A DNA stretch of 63,356 nucleotides, filler included, from Octopus bimaculoides (GCF_001194135.2; 9 parts of 9 records of this genome joined end to end with filler, not necessarily neighbours in it); one strand, 5' to 3'; numbered from the whole stretch's first letter, positions 39,234 through 51,307 are shown. Program-made: numbers and translations. The notes: a model not told the origin generated them from the sequence alone.

Positions 39234-39360
39234 TTTTTTTTTTCTCACAGACGGTACCCAACTGACCCTACCATATTGTGTAGTCGACAAAATCGCAAAC
39301 AATGTGCATGTGCAAAATCAAAAATATAAAATGGTGACAATTTATCCATCACGCCCTGTA
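39234..39360. mobile_element. Possible Tc1/mariner-type element terminus
   Basis: Ends ...TCCATCACGCCCTG-TA, the same CCCTG-TA terminus as the element at 1-884. The partner TIR was not found and may lie in the adjacent gap. Confidence 0.35.
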
Positions 39361-39569
39361 AATACCAAGCATTCTACTTTCAGATATAAATGAAGGTAGA
39401 TAACTATTGATATAGCAGAGGATATTAAAATTGTCTCTATAACAACAGAAGTGTTTAGGGAGGTGATTAGATATACAACAGCAACAACAACAACAAATGA
39501 ACATTTCAGAATTTATCTTTATTTCAAAAGTTAATTTCTAACAAAGGAGCCAAACCAATGAAGGGGTCT

Positions 39570-39790
39570 CTATATGGTAGATAGACCTGCTAGAATTAGC
39601 CAAATCCACTTCACTTCACACTTTATCCCTTTAAGGAAGGACATATTGGACAATATAGTCCTGAGTTGTCTACACTTAAGAAAAAGACAAGATGGTCCTG
39701 GCTGGAATGGATTTGATCATAAGCCCTTGTTTGGTCAAGGTTAACCTGAAATTAAACAACAATATTCACTTTGCATCTAATGATAGATAT
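39570..39790 (+). repeat. Dispersed repeat family E
   Basis: GACCTGCTAGAATTAGCCAAATC...AGGAAGGACATATTGGA...GATGGTCCTGGCTGGAATG...TAAACAAC; homologous to 8570-8760 and 9385-9560. Confidence 0.55.
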
Positions 39791-40254
39791 TCAAGTGCAG
39801 TGAAACACTCGGCTTCTTCAAGAGCTGCCCTTAGTGTATCCGGATCACAACCTTTAAACCATTCATATAACATCAGGTAACCCTGTCTTGCAGTGTCATT
39901 CGAGTCCAATTTTCAGCTCAGTAGCTTGAATGCCTAAAACAATGCAACAATAAGAAATAACTGCAACAACATTAACAATAATATTAAAGATATGTGCTCT
40001 AGGATGTTATAAATATAACAAAGAAACTATTTCAATAAAGAAATTTAAAAAAAATATAGCTAAGAAACATGAAAAATATAAGACATTGTTTTCTATTTCT
40101 AAAGACAAAAATAACAAAGGTTGAAAGAAAGGAGAAATTTAATTGAAAATTACACTTGAGAACATGTTTGGTAAACTGACGGCAGGAGAAATATTTGTGA
40201 AGGCAAAAGTGTATCAGAACCTCGAGAATCAACTGAGACCACCAACAAAGTATT

Positions 40255-40960
40255 TGATCCATCTATCCATTTTCTCTGCTCAATATTCCTGGGAGGGTTG
40301 TGGGGATAGAGACCTCAGGCACCTCCTCCATAGGGTTCCTATGAGAAGCAACCATCATATGACATTTTGGTTGGATTCCCAGGCATGAACAACTGAGACC
40401 ATGGATATCATCCAACCATTTCATTCTTGGCCTATCCTTAAGTTTCCTGCTCCGTTGGTTTGACTTGAAGAACCAGTCTTGTAATTCATTCCCGTGGCAT
40501 TCTGATCACGTTTGTAGTACCAGAGATTTGGAGAAGAAGAGGCTCAACCTGCAGAGACTCCCTGATCTTGGAACTATACATCCTATTGAGTAACATTACT
40601 CCAGAGACCCTTTAGAGGAATCCTGTATATCTGTCTTAATCTGACAGACTTCANNNNNNNNNNNNNNNNNNNNNNNNNNNNNNNNNNNNNNNNNNNNNNN
40701 NNNNNNNNNNNNNNNNNNNNNNNNNNNNNNNNNNNNNNNNNNNNNNNNNNNNNNNNNNNNNNNNNNNNNNNNNNNNNNNNNNNNNNNNNNNNNNNNNNNN
40801 NNNNNNNNNNNNNNNNNAGTTGAATCCTCTCCAAATAACTCTTCTGACCATTCCCCAATGGACTCCAGATTTGACCAAATCACCTGATGTTATTCAGTTA
40901 TTATCAAGTCAGTCTAAGTGAAAGGGGCCACCTCCAGTTTGGCTTCACTTGTGAATATTC
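40255..40960 (-). mobile_element. RTE-clade LINE 3' end, decayed, gap inside
   Basis: GVMLLNRMYSSKIRESLQVEPLLLQI, VIRMPRE*ITRLVLQVKPT and DRPRMKWLDDI match the RTE C-terminal pattern (GV...DR.R...IR..L.VE; MP..R....VL...P; GRPR..W.D). Ends in a short GATG/ATGG-type tail. Confidence 0.75.
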
Positions 40961-41249
40961 ATTTTCAGGTAAATTTCCTCAAAAGAATTCTTTTATTTGG
41001 GGGCTGGAGGGAATTTGATATCACTTGGCTGTATGATCTCTATTAAGTCACTTTTTATTGAAGCATCTACAGACATATGTCATGTGGTAAACTTGTTCCA
41101 TTATGGCAATATAACTGGAATTATCAGCTTCCAACACAATAACCCGATCAATAATGGTTTCAAGAAGAACCTAACTTGAGGTCTTAGGTTGGAATAAAGA
41201 TGCTTTGTCATGGAATTTAACTTTTGCACATTTTCTTCATTGCAATAAA

Positions 41250-41960
41250 CTAGCAGTAGACTCAGTGAAAATGTAAAACAAACCAAAACTTTGTCGTTAA
41301 TTCACCTGTTCGCCCTTTAACAACATATTTTAGTTCCCTCTTCCAAAAGACAGTATTCACACTATTTGTGTTTTCTAGTTTATCCATTATTACCAACCAT
41401 GCCAACCTCAGTGGATATTTTACGAAATAGCAGTAGTGCCTTTAATGCAAGTAGTTTACAGGTAACCTTTTGAGTGGAAATTACAGGTAGCCTTTCAAAT
41501 GGAATACTGTAATTTTATACTCACCTACTTGCCACCAATTGCTTCCTAACCTCTTAGCCACTCTCAGGAGATCCTTCTCCTCCAAGTTTTAACTCCCTGA
41601 AATAAATATTTCCAAGTTTTATAAATCATACTAGAATTTCTTTATTTCTGTAAATAGTCTATTCTTCATTATTGTGAGACATTCTTATTTATGGTCAACT
41701 CATGACCTCAATGGCTTTGGTCAATATTTTGAAACTTTCCACTGTGTTACTATTTAGGTCCACAACAAAATAGACCAACCTTCCTAAACCTCGTCTCTCT
41801 CTCTCTATTTTGACGGTCGACATAATCTAACAATATTGCAATTATTTCATTCAATTATCATTTGATAAGACTGTTCTTCTCGTAGCTCTGTTTTTTTCTT
41901 TCTTATACGACATGTCATTGTCCTCTTACCTCTAGAGTTCACTTACCAACATTCTTCTTT
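41250..41960 (-). repeat. Intron-exon-intron module, copy 1; homologous to 44760-45515
   Basis: Shared blocks ACAACATATTTTAGTTC, TGGATATTTTA.GAAAT, TTTTATACTCACC, TTATTGTGAGACAT, CACAACAAAATAGAC.AACCTTCCTAAA and ATAATCTAACAAT in the same order and orientation. Confidence 0.85.
41525..41596 (-). pseudogene. 72-nt exon-like segment encoding a death-domain-like helix pair, with in-frame TAA
   Basis: Acceptor TATTTATTTCAG and donor GTGAGT. Phase-1 reading (G)S*NLEEKDLLRVAKRLGSNWWQV(G) fits the death-domain pattern L..vA..LG..W..vg. The stop is the second full codon. Confidence 0.5.
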
Positions 41961-43980
41961 TGCCTTGACTTATTTATTGCTTATAACCCATCTTTTCTTT
42001 ATGCCTTGATCTCAATCACTTTACGCTTATTAGACAATGAGGCAGTGTATCTCCGTCCTGAACATTTCACACGTTTGCCCTCAACATTTGTCATAGTTTC
42101 TCCTACTGTTTTCAACTTCACAGGCTTCTGCTGAACTTTGACAAATGACTGCATTACTTATTTGCTTTAAACTGCCTTCTTTATCACATAGTTAGTTAAT
42201 CCAGTCTATCCAGAACTACTTGCATATCCTTTCAGTCTATTCTTAATATTGTTATGTCATCCATGAGTATGTTCTTAGCTGATTTCACTCAAGCCATTTC
42301 TTCTGATCAATCTGCTGATCTAAATAACATCTCAAAATCAAAGCATAAATCAAATGACTGATATTGTGCTACCTACAGCAATTCCAATTTCAAGACGACG
42401 CCAGTCTCTTGTGAAATATTGTCCTGACTGCATTTTGAAATTGTTATAGCAGCTCTTGATCAGATCCCTAATCTTCTCTTGTATATAAAAGAAGTCCATT
42501 GGTTTCATCAACAATTTGTGTGGTACAGAACCATAAGCATTAACCCTTTCATTACTAACCTGGCCGTATCCGGCTGAAGAATTTTTTAGTTCATAAGACC
42601 AACCCAGCTGTAGCCGGCCGAGAGTACCCATTGTTATTTAAATGTATATTTGAACCCAAATCTCGTTAGTACATTCGTTAAAACACTTGATTTCACTTTG
42701 CAAACAGTTGAGTTATTGTACCCGATATTGTTTGGCGTGATATTTGAACTCAGTGAATTTTGGAAGATTTTTTTCCACATTTTTTGCGGCGTTAATTTTT
42801 TTCAACTTTGAAGATGGAGAGGAGTTTCATGCTATCAAGCAGTGATTCCGAATTTGAAGGTTTTTTTTAACAGAAGATATGGAGATATCGAAGAAAAGAA
42901 TGAATGAGCTACAAAAGTACGTGGTGAACAATAATGAATTGGATATTTCTGTATCCGAAACTGAAAGCAGCGACGTCGACAGCGAGGATGATTTTACACC
43001 AGAAAAAGATTTAAAAAATATTTTTATTAACAATTTTTCTGAGGAAACCGGGTCTACCCATAATCTTTCTCAGGGAGCGAAACCATTAGACTTCTTTTTC
43101 ATGCTTGTTTGAAATGATTACTGCGGAAACAAACCGTTACGCAGAATGTAAACAAGCCGGAAAAAAAAGATAGCTTGTGGTTTCCTGCAACCGTACATGA
43201 AATACGGGCATTTTTTCCATAAATATTATTATGGGTATTAGACAATTACCCAGAATAACAAATTACTGGAGCAATCAGGAACCTTTTGGCGATGTTTCCA
43301 GTATTATGATGCGAGTACGATTTGTGAAGCTGAACCAATATTTACATGTGAGAGACACTAGCAGTACTCCCACCCCGCCCAGTACGTGGAGAACTTTGAG
43401 ACAAAAATTATGCAATAGAATTGATTAAGAACCCTTTCTTTAATTATGTTCCAAATATCACATTAATATGTTGATAAATAAAAAAGTTACAGGTGTTTAA
43501 TGAGACTAGTCTAAATTCATGATTATTTTAGAATTTAATTGAAACTCATGAGGGGTGTATTTTGGTCAGAAATATAGTAACGAAAGGGTTAACCAGATCA
43601 ACCCATACAACATTCAAAACCCTTTTAATAATCTTTCAAACTCGTATTGCATCCCAGATTGAAAATGTATGTTCCACACACCCAACAATTCCCGAGATGC
43701 TAGCCTTCTGCCCACTTTCAATCCTAAAGCCATTATTTTGTAGATTTGTGGCTGATCTCTAAGCAAGTACATCTATGTAAATCTTGCTATCAAGACTGAA
43801 ATTGGTCTGAACTGGTTAATCGGTTCAACTTGAGCTTCCTTTGGTAAGTAAACTGTTTACTCTCCTCTTTTTTTTCGATGTGTCTGATATTTCTTTGCCC
43901 AAGTTAGATGGAAAAAGTTTAATTTTGTTGAGGACAGGACAATCTTTCTAGAGCTTGTCACAAAAAATACACGTAGGACC
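41960..43980 (-). mobile_element. Hero-like (R2 group) non-LTR reverse transcriptase fragment, decayed, interrupted by piggyBac
   Basis: PKE..VEPINQFRPISV; GQKASISGIVGCVEH..SIWDAI; VVWVDLV|NAYGSVPHKLL; WRRLEIGIAVGSTIS; LMDDITIL; GETM...GKRVKC.GRRY. These are the motif order and MDD variant I associate with Hero elements. Confidence 0.8.
42544..43588 (+). mobile_element. piggyBac deletion derivative, 1045 bp, non-autonomous
   Basis: TTAA at 42540-43 and 43589-92. TIR CCCTTTC(A/G)TTACTA matches 13/14. Transposase N-terminal remnants SSDSEFEGF, KPLDFF, EMITAETNRYA and EIRAFF.INIIMGIRQLPRITNYWS...RFVKLNQYLHVRD are present; the catalytic region is absent. Confidence 0.92.
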
Positions 43981-43987
43981 TCTTATA

Positions 43988-44145
43988 AAGTGGTTGATGT
44001 TGGGAAGGGCATACCACCATAGCTGGATTGTTTTATTGAGATGTGTTCCTCAGTCAAACAATCAATCAAAGTGTGCGGGTGATTGGACAGTGTCAACCCG
44101 TCGAATCCCTACGAGCATGGACATCAGATGAGAAATGATGAAAAC
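43988..44145 (+). mobile_element. SINE-like family D, degraded 3' half
   Basis: GTGGTTGATGTTGGGAAGGGCATAC and GTCAACCCGTCGAATCCCTACGAGCATGG...AATGATG are diverged versions of the 44155-44520 copy in opposite orientation. Confidence 0.5.
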
Positions 44146-44154
44146 AACGTCATT

Positions 44155-44520
44155 GAGTCATCATCATCATCGTTTAACGTCCGCTTTCCATGCTAGCATG
44201 GGTTGGATGATTTGACTGAGGACTGGTGAACCGGATGGTTATAGCAGGCTCCAATCTAATTTAGCAGAGTTTCTACAGCTGGATGCCCTTCCTAACGCCA
44301 ACCACTCAGAGCGTGTAGTGGGTGCTCTTATGTGCCACTGGCACGAAGGCCAGTCAGGCGGTACTGACAACGGCCACGCTCAAAATGGTGTATTTTATGT
44401 GCCACCCGCACAAGAGCCAGTCCAGGGACACTGGCAACGATCTCTCTCGAAAGTCCTTACACATGCCGCGGGCACAAGTGCCAGAAAGGCGAGGCTGGGC
44501 ACAGGTGGCATCCCGATTTC
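44155..44520 (-). mobile_element. SINE-like family D with RTE-type (GAT)n tail
   Basis: Minus strand ends GGTTGGCGTTAGGAAGGGCATCCAGC...GCATGGAAAGCGGACGTTAAACGATGATGATG. Contains an internal ~70-bp tandem unit (GTGGCACATAA twice). Confidence 0.75.
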
Positions 44521-44759
44521 GCTTGATTATATTGTATATTACGGTAAGTATCTATCATGAAGAGAGAGAAAGAGAGAGAGAATCGCTATCTCAGCAGCAA
44601 ATCAAAGTCTTCTACTTGGATAAAGACAATGCTTTGTGGCTGTAATGATAGATTTACTATCAGCAAAAAAGTCAGGGTGTTCACACTTGGAACACATTTT
44701 GTTATGTCTACCAGATTATGAGATGTATCTGCCCAAACAACATCAACAACAACAATATC

Positions 44760-45515
44760 CTATCAGTAAACATAGTAAAAAAATGTAAAATAAACAAAAA
44801 CGTCATTAGTGCACCATTTAACCCTACACTACAACATATTTTAGTTCTCTGTTCCAAATTACAATATAACTCTTTTGTCTTCTAAATTATCCATTTTATG
44901 AACCATGCTAACCCGTTGGATATTTTATGAAATTTCAGTAATATCAATATATTTTTTTTAATTACTACACAGCTAACCTTTCAAATGTAAATTAAGAACG
45001 GAACCTGTTCTCTGTCGATAAACTAAAGAAGCTCAGGTGAAGTGTAAGTTTATAGAAATCTATTAAGTGCTGTTATTTTATACTCACCAATTTGTTGTGA
45101 TGTTGTCAGAACTTTCTTCACACACATTGGAGTTTCTGAAATGAATATTTTCAAGTTATACATTTTATAGTATAATTTTATTATCGTTATTAATAATCTA
45201 TATTTTATTATTGTGAGACATATCTATCATCAATGGTCAACTGGTGACCACTATGCTTTTGGCCACACTTTCTAAGGTGTCTCAATCTAATAGCTCAATA
45301 TTTAGAGCCACAACAAAATAGACTAACCTTCCTAAATCTCTTCTCCCTATTTATATCTCCTATATAATCTAACAATTCTGCAATTATCTCATTTAATTAT
45401 CAATTAATAAGATTGTTTATCTCTTAGTTCTGTCTTTCTCTTCTTATCTCTGTGCCAAATCTATGTCATTGTACCCAAAACTCTAGATTCCACTAAGCGA
45501 GATTCTTCTCATCTT
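44760..45515 (-). repeat. Intron-exon-intron module, copy 2
   Basis: See 41250-41960. Confidence 0.85.
45088..45135 (-). CDS. Candidate 48-nt internal exon, product unknown
   Basis: Acceptor ATATTCATTTCAG and donor GTGAGT; length divisible by 3; open in phase 1 (TPMCVKKVLTTSQQI) and phase 2. No transcript evidence. Confidence 0.4.
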
Positions 45516-46278
45516 TTACATTTCAGACATAAAAGTCTTAGAAACTTAATCAATGGTAGCAGATTAATTATCATGTTAATTGCGTATATTTGTAATACAT
45601 TAGCACACTGCGATCTATAGAGACTGGATATAATCTGACTAAAGAACATGACTTTCATTACAAAGAATATGATTGTGTCTTAGCACAATTGATATTATGG
45701 TAGTTCCATGAGAAAACCAAAGAAAAATGTCACCAGGCCCGCCCAGTGTGAAATACCAATAATAAATTCTTTTCCTGGTCAAATAACAATGACTGGGTTT
45801 CATAATCTAATTTAGACAAAACAATCAAGTCAGAACTAAAAGCAGAAGGTGAAAGACTCACAAAGCAGTACATCTTTTAGCATTAACCTCGATAATACCA
45901 AAACTCTTAGGTTTTTGTGTAACTGAAATATCTCAGAAGTAGTAAATTTTTATCTTCATTTTTTTCTTGCATATTTATTTTCATACTTATCTTTGGCAGT
46001 GCACTACAAACTGTGATATTTGAACCTCTATATGATTAAACACAATTTTTGTTTGTTATTTCTTGACGAAACATACATGGCTTCCGTGACGTCAACATGT
46101 ATACGCACATACAGAATACACACACATATAATGAATGTCATGGCATGTCAACACAAACACACATTTGCTATCTGTGACATATACACACACATTATCTTTG
46201 CGCTTCCTAAGAAAAGAAAAAAACCTGTTGACTTTTTGATGTACACAATATTTTAATCACTTAGAAATATTTTTAATT

Positions 46279-46607
46279 GAAGTCCCCTCTCGACCCAGAG
46301 TAACGTGGTGGTGGAACAAGGAGGTAGACGGGGCTATTAGACAAAAGAAACAGGCTTGGAAGGACTGGAAGAACGGTGGTAGCAGGGAATTCTACCAATC
46401 TGCCAGAAGGGAAGCTAGGCGACAGGATTATTTAGCCAGAGGGGAAGCAGATAAGAAAAGATTTGCCAATGTTCTGCGCCGTGAGGACCAAAGACTCGAG
46501 GTATTTCGTGTTGCAAGACAGTGTAGGAGAGAGAATAGTGATGTCGTAGGAGAGAAATGTGTTCGCATGGATGATGGTACGCTTGCACTAAATGAGGCTG
46601 CAAAGAA
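46279..46607 (+). mobile_element. RTE-clade LINE ORF fragment (endonuclease-RT linker), stop-free up to the spacer
   Basis: RPRVTWWWNKEVDGAIRQKKQAWKDWK...FRVARQCRRENSDVVGEKCVRMDDGTL; 105 codons with no stop from 46291. The TWWWN.EV motif is typical of RTE. Confidence 0.85.
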
Positions 46608-47412
46608 NNNNNNNNNNNNNNNNNNNNNNNNNNNNNNNNNNNNNNNNNNNNTTAATTAATTAANNNNNNNNNNNNNNNNNNNNNNNNNNNNNNNNNNNNN
46701 NNNNNNNGAGAGAGAGAGAGAGAGGGGGGAAGAGAGAGAGAGAGAGAGTATTTGTATGCGTCTGCCTATCTATTTATTTTATATTTTCAGATGGAATCCT
46801 CTGCGCCTCGGGCTCCAGTCAGAAGTATCATTTCGTGGGTGAAGAAACCCCGTCTAACTATTCCGAGAGAGTTGACAACACCAGTCGTAAGCACCAATAA
46901 ACCTTGCTCTATAATTTAGATTTATTTCAGATGAAACACACACTTGAAACAACTAGTAACCACACCTAATTTTTTCTTTTCTTTTTTTTCTTTTTTGTTT
47001 AACCTTACTTGGAACTTATACGTAGTCGTTCACCCTATCTGCTATAAAAATATTCTTGTGATTTTCTCCGTCACACAACATATGAATGAGAAAGGAAGGA
47101 AAGGGTGATAGCTGAATAAGGAGGGAAGGGGTGATGGCAAACTGGTGGGATGGTGAACATTCAACGCTGAAAAGAAAAATCATACAGCGTTTCAACTCTG
47201 TGTGAGTATATATGTGTATGTGTGTGCGTGTACAAGGGAAGTATGTGAATATATGTGAACATTGACAAGTGTATTAATTTGAGTTACCATCCTTATTTAT
47301 TATATACAAAATGCTACAATTAGCCGTCATTTTTGACAGCATGGGGCCAGCTAGTTAGATACAGGAGACAAATCTCCCTCAAATCACACCTCAGGATCCC
47401 AAGAACTATATA

Positions 47413-47667
47413 CAGTGGAACCTCGGTTTACCAACGCATCTCGTCACGAATGAATCGGTTTACGAACAATGTTTCGAACATAAAACGTCTCAGGTGACGA
47501 ACGCTGTCTCGAGTAACGAACACGCAGGGCTGGCAAAAACGGCTGGCATGACAAGCTGGGAGCATCTCTCTTGAATTTCCCATGGTAAAGTAGTTTCGGT
47601 TTAAGAACATTTCGGGTGACGAACGGCTTTCAGAGATTAATAAAATTTGTAAACCGAGATTCCACTA
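47413..47667. mobile_element. Tigger/pogo-like MITE, 255 bp
   Basis: TA at 47411-12. Left TIR CAGTGGAACCTCGGTTTAC versus right GTAAACCGAGATTCCACTA, 17/19 match; internal GACGAAC/TACGAAC repeats. Confidence 0.85.
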
Positions 47668-47699
47668 CACACACACACACACACACACACACATGAAGT

Positions 47700-47783
47700 A
47701 CTGGGTTCGATTTATTCAACTAGAAATTCTTCAAGGTGGTGCCCCAGCATGGCCGCCGTCGAATAACTGAAGCTCGTAAAAGA
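47700..47783 (+). mobile_element. SINE family A, degraded 3' fragment
   Basis: GGTGGTGCCCCAGCATGGCCGC...AACTGAAG..GTAAAAGA. Confidence 0.6.
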
Positions 47784-49587
47784 AGGTTAAAAGCTAACTC
47801 GTATGATTCCTTTATGGAAGCATTGATTAATCTTGGCTACGACCTAGATCTTGACCTCTTTAACTCGTTCTCAGAGCGTCTTTTCATTTAATTAAATGCC
47901 CATCCCCACCCCCACCGAATCTCTACCCCCTCGACTCTATCCTTCTACATGAATCCACCCTACCCCACCCACACCTCATCCTCCAACTACATCACCTCAA
48001 CCATTGAACTTCTTTTTCATCTCCACAAACAATTCCTTCTTCCATTGTTACTAAAATGTCTGGTTGGTAGAATTATTGCTTCCGTTGGCTCTTTTTACTG
48101 CTTCTTTGTTGTCAGCGGAGAAACTGGGTGGCGGTGGCGGCGGTGGTGGTAGCGGGGTTGGTGGTGGTTGTTACAATTGTCATTGTAGTGGTGGTGATGG
48201 TGGCTGTGGTAGAAGTAGTAGTAGTGGTGGGTAGTTTTTGTTCTTGTGTTGTTGTTTGCTTGTTATCGTTGCTGTTATTAATGATGATGATGATGATGAA
48301 GTTTGATGTTGCTTTGGATATTTTCATCTGCTTTTTCTTTTTTCATCCAATAATAAAATGATGGCGGAGCCGCCATCAGCAGCTGCGGCAATGGTGGATG
48401 TGTTGACAGAGGTGATATCGGTAGTGGTGTTAAAGGTGAGGCGGTGGAAGTAGTTAGTGGTAGAAATGGTGGCTGCAGTATTATCGGTAGTGGTTGTGGC
48501 TGAGGTGGTAGTCAAGGCCGTCTTGGTAGCATTATAGGACCCCTCCGGGAAAATGAATGCAGAGGGCCCAGTAGCATTTATTTATTAACAGCAAATCACG
48601 TTACACATGGATCAGACACACACACACACTCACACACACACACACACACTGCAAAGCTTACAGAAGGGCTGCTGAATGCTGAATTGAAATCTCTATGTTG
48701 CTTTGAGAAGATAAAACTTGACAAATTGCTTCTCCCTTTGTTGCTGGACTACCGTGATGTTTGTTTTAAAAAAAGAGAGCTTGTGACTGTGATAAAATAA
48801 TGAAAGCTATATTTACTATGCAAGTGAGCACTATTATACAAAGAAATAATTAAACGTAAAATATAAAAATTATTACAAATGGGAATCAAATGTGAAAATA
48901 TTATCAAGGAGCAAGCAGAAAACCGCCCAAAGTGCTGTCTTTCTGCTAGTATATTTAATATAATATGAAAACTGTACATATTTGGTACAACATGTAAACT
49001 ACAAATATTTTATATAAGATGAAAACAATTACATTTATGGGAAAACATAACAGCCATTAAAACACTAAATGAGATTCATAAATAGTTTATTTATTTATTT
49101 ATTTATTTATTTGTTTATTTTGACAATCTCGAAATTTGTTTCGCCACAGGTGGTCAGATAAAAAAAATCAGCACAAATCCCAATCACTTCCGGTTTCTCT
49201 AGTAAATCACTTCCATTTTTTTAGGACAATTTACTTACACGTTTTCTTCGGCGGTAAACTGCATGTTAATCCGTATATTAATGAAATTTAAGAGGTTCTT
49301 ACATTCTGTTCACCAAAATGGACAACAAAGTAAATTATGCTTAATGATTCAAGCTGATTCGAAATGAAGTTGTGATGTGATCTGCAAGTTACCTTATACA
49401 GTGTTACCCCTGCAATCGTTCTATTTAAATCATTGTCAATATTTATCGATGTTCCCGAGGGTAAAAATTATATTCAGCTTCTGCTCATTTGGTCGCAGAG
49501 ACTCAGTATGAGAACTTCTAGGAGAGTTACCTAGGATAGACTCGTATCTAATCCACAGAGGACAATTATTGCTCATCCATTCAATGT

Positions 49588-49623
<36 letters not shown>

Positions 49624-49768
49624 TGTATCCATGCTTGTGCATATGAATGTATTGATGTATATTCTTTTNNNNNNNNNNNNNNNNNNNNNNNNNNNNNNNN
49701 NNNNNNNNNNNNTTAATTAATTAANNNNNNNNNNNNNNNNNNNNNNNNNNNNNNNNNNNNNNNNNNNN

Positions 49769-50615
49769 TGGACATGCCGTGGTTACTGATGCACAGACAC
49801 GCGCTGCCGTCGCGGCATATGCAGCGTGTTCTTGATGATGAGCAGGTGTGGCCACCGTTTGTAAGAGACACTTTTCTACAGCTCATCTCTTTCACTGAGA
49901 TGCAATCCAGGCTTAGGTGTAGACCAAGGAGGGGCACTTGGCACCTCGAGTGCCGTCATACGCTCACAGCCCCGAACGATGAAACCGTTCTATATTCCCC
50001 AGTCCAGTACCCGAGTATTGCTGACCTGTGGGCTTATGTCGAACACCAGCTATCGCGTGAAGAACAGATCCGGCTATCAGCTGAATCCATTGTGAAGATT
50101 GCCCCCACTGCCCTCTTTTGGCAGAGAGGGGAAGGCAATTTTTGTTTGTCCAGTGGCTGTAGCGAAAGAGGTAGTATGGTGGACCCGTTTGTAAGGGCTA
50201 AAGACAGGCACTTTCCTTTTTGGCCAAGCACTCATCAACTTTTTTAAGTTTCACTTGAAAAGGAAATTCAAGTTGTGGGGAGGGAAGTGTTACCTTGTAG
50301 CAAGTTTGTTGTAAGGTGGGTGAATATGGGCAGAAAGGCCAGTGTGAAAGTACCAATTCCGAACGTGCACCTGTAAACAAAAGGAGAAGGGCTCTTGCCC
50401 TATTGTTTAGGCTCTCGTGGCTTTTGTGGGTTTTTCCACGGGGCCCTTAAAACGCCTCCCGTATTGGGAGTTTTAAATTGTTTGATTTTAATTGTTATTA
50501 TATTATTCATGCGTTGTATACCCATTGTATCCGACTGTTTTTGTCCTTAATGTTGCTGTATGTCCTCTAACGTAATTTTATCTAAGGCCTTGTGGCCAAT
50601 AAACGAATAAAGAAT
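49769..50615 (+). mobile_element. Tx1/L1-like LINE 3' end (ORF2 C-terminus plus 3' UTR), decayed
   Basis: DETVLYSPVQYPSIADLWAYVEHQL..LSAESIVKIAP, then VAVAKEVVWWTRL*G...FFKFHLKRK, resemble the C-terminal zinc-knuckle region of L1/Tx1 ORF2. T-rich UTR with AATAAA at 50598 and 50606. Confidence 0.7.
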
Positions 50616-50715
50616 TGAACTTTTTGGACGTACTTTGTGTGAGAGTAGTAGAAAAAAATTCTTAAAAATATTTTTAGCCGATTGACATTTTATTATTATT
50701 ATTATTATTATTATT

Positions 50716-51241
50716 GAGTGAGAGAGCCGTGCATGCCATCAAAGTAACACTGGGGTAAAATATACGAAGCCTATTATACCCATAATGACTACCCGTCTTA
50801 TAAGGGTACACCAGGCACATGCATCACAACCATATGTGCGCGACATGGTGATCTCATATCATGATAAACAGCGCATGAACTTGCAGGTGGGACCTAGTTA
50901 GAATTTTCTTCAGGTCGAGTAGCCCATCCCGCTCAAAAGGTCCCTGAATAAGGTTTGTTTAAGGATGTTGAGGAAAGCACCCATGTTTCCAAAGGTGAAT
51001 TATTCAGACCCCAAAGAATTCGCCACTACTTCTGCTCATGATCAGAGATGCCCATATCGTCAGCCACCAAGGGACATGCTCAACTGGTTAAGGTCAAACA
51101 ACTGACAAGCAAATTTGTGATATTGAGCAGAATATTTGCTGTAGCCCATCTTTTATACCAAGACAAAAAATGTACATGATAACACTTCCAATCAATTAAG
51201 ATCAGAAGCCATGAGAGCCACTGGCTCGTACTGCATGAGGG

Positions 51242-51242
<1 letters not shown>
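50716..51242 (-). mobile_element. Non-coding retroposon-like element F embedded in (ATT)n, 527 bp
   Basis: Flanked on both sides by (ATT)n tracts; its first ~230 bp are repeated at 51321-51549. Confidence 0.7.

Positions 51243-51307
<65 letters not shown>

Noticed and set aside
48100-48520. Val/Thr-rich ORFs on both strands
   Set aside because: Low-complexity (GGT)/(GAT) sequence.
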